A stretch of DNA of 64,000 bases from Clostridia bacterium (GTDB lineage Bacteria; Bacillota; Clostridia; Christensenellales; UBA1242): assembly GCA_017467585.1 (NCBI GenBank), contig JAFUSR010000004.1, positions 77,918 to 141,917 on the forward strand, in the 5' to 3' direction. A model generated the notes under the pieces. It saw only the letters and a list, made by a program, of their open reading frames with translations. It had not been told where the DNA came from and did not search any database. This document shows positions 24,001 to 26,725 of the stretch, one piece after another (the first letter of the stretch is position 1; each line of letters starts with the position of its first letter). The position numbers and the translations under genes were made by a program.

Positions 24001-26588
24001 CAACCGCAAACAACTATCAAGGCGAAACATTTAACTATGCTGCAACAACAGCAGAACTTATCAACAACTCTGCAATTAATTCAGTTGTTAGCACATCTGT
24101 TTCTAGTGGTGCTTCAATTACTAAGGTTGATGCAAAAACCTTGAAGATTGTTTACACAACTTCAACAGCTAATGTAACCAGCGGTTCTGCAACGGTTAAA
24201 AACGACCCAATTTATTCAACAACAACGCTTGAACACTTAATCAGTGTAGATACTCAGGGTGCTGCAGAAGTTCACTTATACTTGCCAATCAAGAACGCAA
24301 GCGGAAAGATTCTCTATGTTCTTGACTTTTCAAACCAAGAGACTGGCGTTGACTATAACAGAACAGACTTTGCAACAAACACAAGCTCTTCAAATGGCAG
24401 CCTGGCTCTTTATAGCAGACAACAGAGCCACAAGACAACTCTTCGCTCAATCACAATTTTGGGCAAATCAATCACCAATTCAACCTATAGTTGCACAATT
24501 AATTCTGTTGTGTCTAAGATAGGTAATAAGAACGGTGGTAGTGGACTTACAAACTTCAGCTTTATCACTTATTGGGATAAAGACTATGCAGTTTCTGTCA
24601 ACTCATATTATTACTTCTATAATTTGGCATCTGTTAAACTTGGTGGCTCAGACATTGTTGGAGCAAGCAACAAGGGCATTTCAACCAACAAGCACAGATG
24701 GGGCAGTGGAACATCTGCTGTTGCATACACAACCAACAACGAATCTTCTAATGTCACAACCAACATCTATAACGCGGGAACTTACACCAACGGCAGTCTG
24801 ATGAACAAGACTCTTGCTGTAACAACCTCGTTCTCTACCTACGGAACAATTAAATATTCTGGTTATAACAGAACAACACAAACAACCGGTGTTGTTGCAA
24901 CAATCGAATATATTTCTAATGGTTCTAGCGGATTCTACAACAACGGAACATTCAACCTTTCTGCAATTTCAGATGACCTTTCTAGTCAAATGATCTTAAC
25001 TGGCTACACCAACTCTGCAACCGATGGACTTGGAGTTTGGAACTTGAACACAAACTACACAGTTTGGAGAATTCTCGCAGCAGTAATTGCAATCCAAGGC
25101 GACTATGACGTTGCAAAAGCAGATGCACAAATTCAACTCCGCGCTAACTACGAATTGTCTTCAGTATGGCTTTCATACTCAAATGGCAATGGTAAAGGCT
25201 TTGGTGAGATGGATACTTACGCATCTTCAAGCTCAAGCATAACAGTTAAGAGAAGCGCAACCGATTTGCAAGACGCAATCGACTTCTATCTTGCAAACCT
25301 TAACAGCTCAGATTGGGGCAAGGTTGCAACCCTCACAATCTATAACAGTGGTGTTGCTCTCTCTGGTGGCTTCACATTGTCTAAAGCTCTAGTTATGACA
25401 AGCGGAATGCAACTCACAATCACAACCAGACACGGCAAGGTTGTTGGCACAGGCACAGGCAAAACAACAACAATCGATGGCGGAACTCCAGCAAGAGAAA
25501 CAATCAAAATTGCTGGCTCAATCAGCATGACAGGTGCTGCTGGATTCTTCGATGTTAAGAGTGGCGCAACTCTTGCATTCACCAACATCGACTTTGATGT
25601 TGCATCATTTGCCGCAGGAACAGCAACCAAGATGTTCAACATTGGCGGAACTCTGAACATCAACAAGTCAACCAGCGGAACCGACGCAAACATCTCTAAC
25701 GACGGTGCAACTGGAACATCAACAACAGCCTACAGAACAAAAGTTACTGGTGCAACACCAGGCGGCTCAGGAATTGTTCTGTTCTATGCAAGTGGCGATG
25801 CCGCAAAGATTAACGCAGTTAACATCAACATTTCAAATCTCAAACCTGGCAATACATCTAGCACAGATGTTCTCAGAAGCATATTCGTTATCGATGGTGG
25901 TGCTCACACATTCAAGAATATCAGAATCGCTGGCGCAAGCTATGTTGGCCCAGCAATTGCAGTCAACAACACCTCAACCGGAACCGACAAAACTGTTACA
26001 TTCGAAAATGTTGTGTTTGCACCTAGTGGATACACGGAGCTCTCGTATATCGAGAGCACCGGCACCCAGTATATTAATACCGGCATAACTTCAATACCTG
26101 CTCCGTTTTCTATAGAAATCACATATCTGAAATCTAACACTAATACAAACGATCAATGTTTGTTTGGAAGCAGGCAACTTGGTAAATTTGTGAACATATA
26201 TGGTAATTATTATGAAACAGCTTTTGGTAATACTGCCTCAAATACAGCTAATGGAGATAATAACACACATACTATTTTATGTGACAGTACATCTGGGTTC
26301 TATAAGGATGGGACAAAACTAGCTACATCTTACAGCACATTAGCTAGTCGCAGTTCAACACAACCAGGGCTAATTTGCGCATTCACCGAAGAGGAATCGT
26401 TTTCGCCAAAATGGTTTTTCGTAGGAAAGATATACTATGTGAGAATAATTGTAGATGGGAAAATGTTCCACGACTTTATTCCTATGAAGCGCAATAGCGA
26501 TGGCGCAATTGGCCTCTACGACGCCGTAACCGGCACATTCTACACCAACGCTGGCACGGGCACATTCATCGCCGGCCCCGAAGTGTAA
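3..26588 (+). CDS. Giant surface-type repeat protein, 5-prime partial (more than 8,861 codons in the window). Mostly Listeria-Bacteroides (InlB B-repeat / Flg_new-type) repeats with nested accessory domains.
   Basis: One stop-free frame runs from window position 3 to TAA at 26586-26588. The ORF-track Met at 66 is internal: the same frame reads ...[22 protein letters not shown]... upstream with no stop. Many tens of roughly 65-75 aa units carry the signature Y-x-[IV]-x-[FY]-x-x-N-G-G ... P-[ST]-R-x-G-Y-T-F-x-G-W ... L-Y-A-x-W. The C-terminus (...[18 protein letters not shown]) has no LPXTG or hydrophobic anchor. Confidence 0.9.
   Translation, partial: [8861 protein letters not shown]
696..1130 (+). 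repeat. Intragenic module M, copy 1 ([50 protein letters not shown]...)
   Basis: One of four copies of a roughly 145-aa module. The first roughly 85 aa are conserved and the last roughly 55-60 aa are unrelated between copies. Confidence 0.8.
3315..4010 (+). other. LamG/concanavalin-like domain nested inside a Listeria-Bacteroides repeat, copy 1
   Basis: The host repeat opens [47 protein letters not shown] and closes [15 protein letters not shown] about 190 aa later. The insert (...[16 protein letters not shown]...[25 protein letters not shown]...[10 protein letters not shown]...[10 protein letters not shown]) has the pattern of LamG-type lectin-fold domains. The fold is assigned by pattern recognition only. 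Confidence 0.6.
4287..4725 (+). repeat. Intragenic module M, copy 2
   Basis: [52 protein letters not shown]..., followed by a copy-specific segment. Confidence 0.8.
9681..10375 (+). other. LamG/concanavalin-like nested domain, copy 2
   Basis: Paralogous to 3315-4010. It shares a 56-nt perfect match (3900-3955 = 10269-10324). The host repeat opens [45 protein letters not shown] and closes [14 protein letters not shown]. Confidence 0.6.
14227..14625 (+). other. Roughly 130-aa beta-sandwich-like insert nested in a repeat ([36 protein letters not shown]...[19 protein letters not shown]...HTLTAAW)
   Basis: It interrupts a host repeat at the same place as the LamG-like inserts, between GYTFxGW and the closing xLxAxW strand. 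I do not recognise the family and the fold is a guess. Confidence 0.4.
14916..15350 (+). repeat. Intragenic module M, copy 3
   Basis: [52 protein letters not shown]..., followed by a copy-specific segment. Confidence 0.8.
15950..16620 (+). other. LamG/concanavalin-like nested domain, copy 3 (divergent)
   Basis: The host repeat is [47 protein letters not shown] ... [15 protein letters not shown]. The insert is ...[26 protein letters not shown]...[25 protein letters not shown]...[10 protein letters not shown]...[10 protein letters not shown]. Confidence 0.55.
16908..17360 (+). repeat. Intragenic module M, copy 4
   Basis: [52 protein letters not shown]..., followed by a copy-specific segment. 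Confidence 0.8.
18655..19100 (+). other. CBM / galactose-binding-like domain candidate
   Basis: The segment [88 protein letters not shown]...[25 protein letters not shown] resembles CBM4/9-type sugar-binding modules. This is a pattern-level call only. Confidence 0.4.
19185..19760 (+). other. 'YIxSTGTQ ... [19 protein letters not shown]' domain, internal copy A, nested in a repeat
   Basis: ...[32 protein letters not shown]...[34 protein letters not shown]...HTLYARW. It is flanked by the two halves of a host Listeria-Bacteroides repeat. Confidence 0.7.
22740..26020 (+). other. Non-repetitive roughly 1,100-aa region of the giant protein, including a probable right-handed beta-helix-like stretch near 25400-26000
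   Basis: No GYTFxGW/LYAxW periodicity is visible after about 22740. The segment ...[23 protein letters not shown]...[31 protein letters not shown]...GGTLNINKS...[10 protein letters not shown]...[10 protein letters not shown]...VTFENVVF has the short alternating-strand look of parallel beta-helices. Confidence 0.45.
26025..26585 (+). other. 'YIxSTGTQ ... [10 protein letters not shown]' domain, terminal copy B
   Basis: [21 protein letters not shown]...[37 protein letters not shown]. It shares both terminal motifs with copy A, but the core is diverged. Confidence 0.7.
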
Positions 26589-26590
26589 AA

Positions 26591-26630
26591 CTTTAACAAA
26601 AAAGCATAACCAACAACGGCTATGCTTTTT
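26591..26630 (+). repeat. Direct repeat DR1 (terminator-hairpin copy) on the left flank of the GIY-YIG cassette
   Basis: ctttaacaaaaaagcataaccaacaacggctatgcttttt, compared with DR2 ctttaacaaaaaggcataaccaaatcagttatgccttttt at 27251-27290. The first 23 nt match 22/23, the loops differ, and the stems are preserved. Confidence 0.75.
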
Positions 26631-26633
26631 TTT
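26598..26633 (+). terminator. Rho-independent terminator of the giant gene
   Basis: The sequence is aaaaAGCATAaCCaacaacGGcTATGCTtttttttt, 10 nt after the stop codon. It has a stem with one internal mismatch and a T8 run. Confidence 0.7.
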
Positions 26634-26635
26634 GC

Positions 26636-26680
26636 GTCATGCTAACCGAAGTGCCAGCGGCACGGAGTGGAGAGCATCTC
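26636..26680 (+). repeat. GC-rich GTCAT...ATCTC unit, copy A
   Basis: GTCATGCTAACCGAAGTGCCAGCGGCACGGAGTGGAGAGCATCTC. The closing stem is ATGCT/AGCAT and there is an inner hairpin GTGCC-agc-GGCAC. Confidence 0.7.
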
Positions 26681-26725
26681 ATCAATCCCTTTACTTTTCT
26701 TTTGTTTATGTGCTAAACTTTTTGT

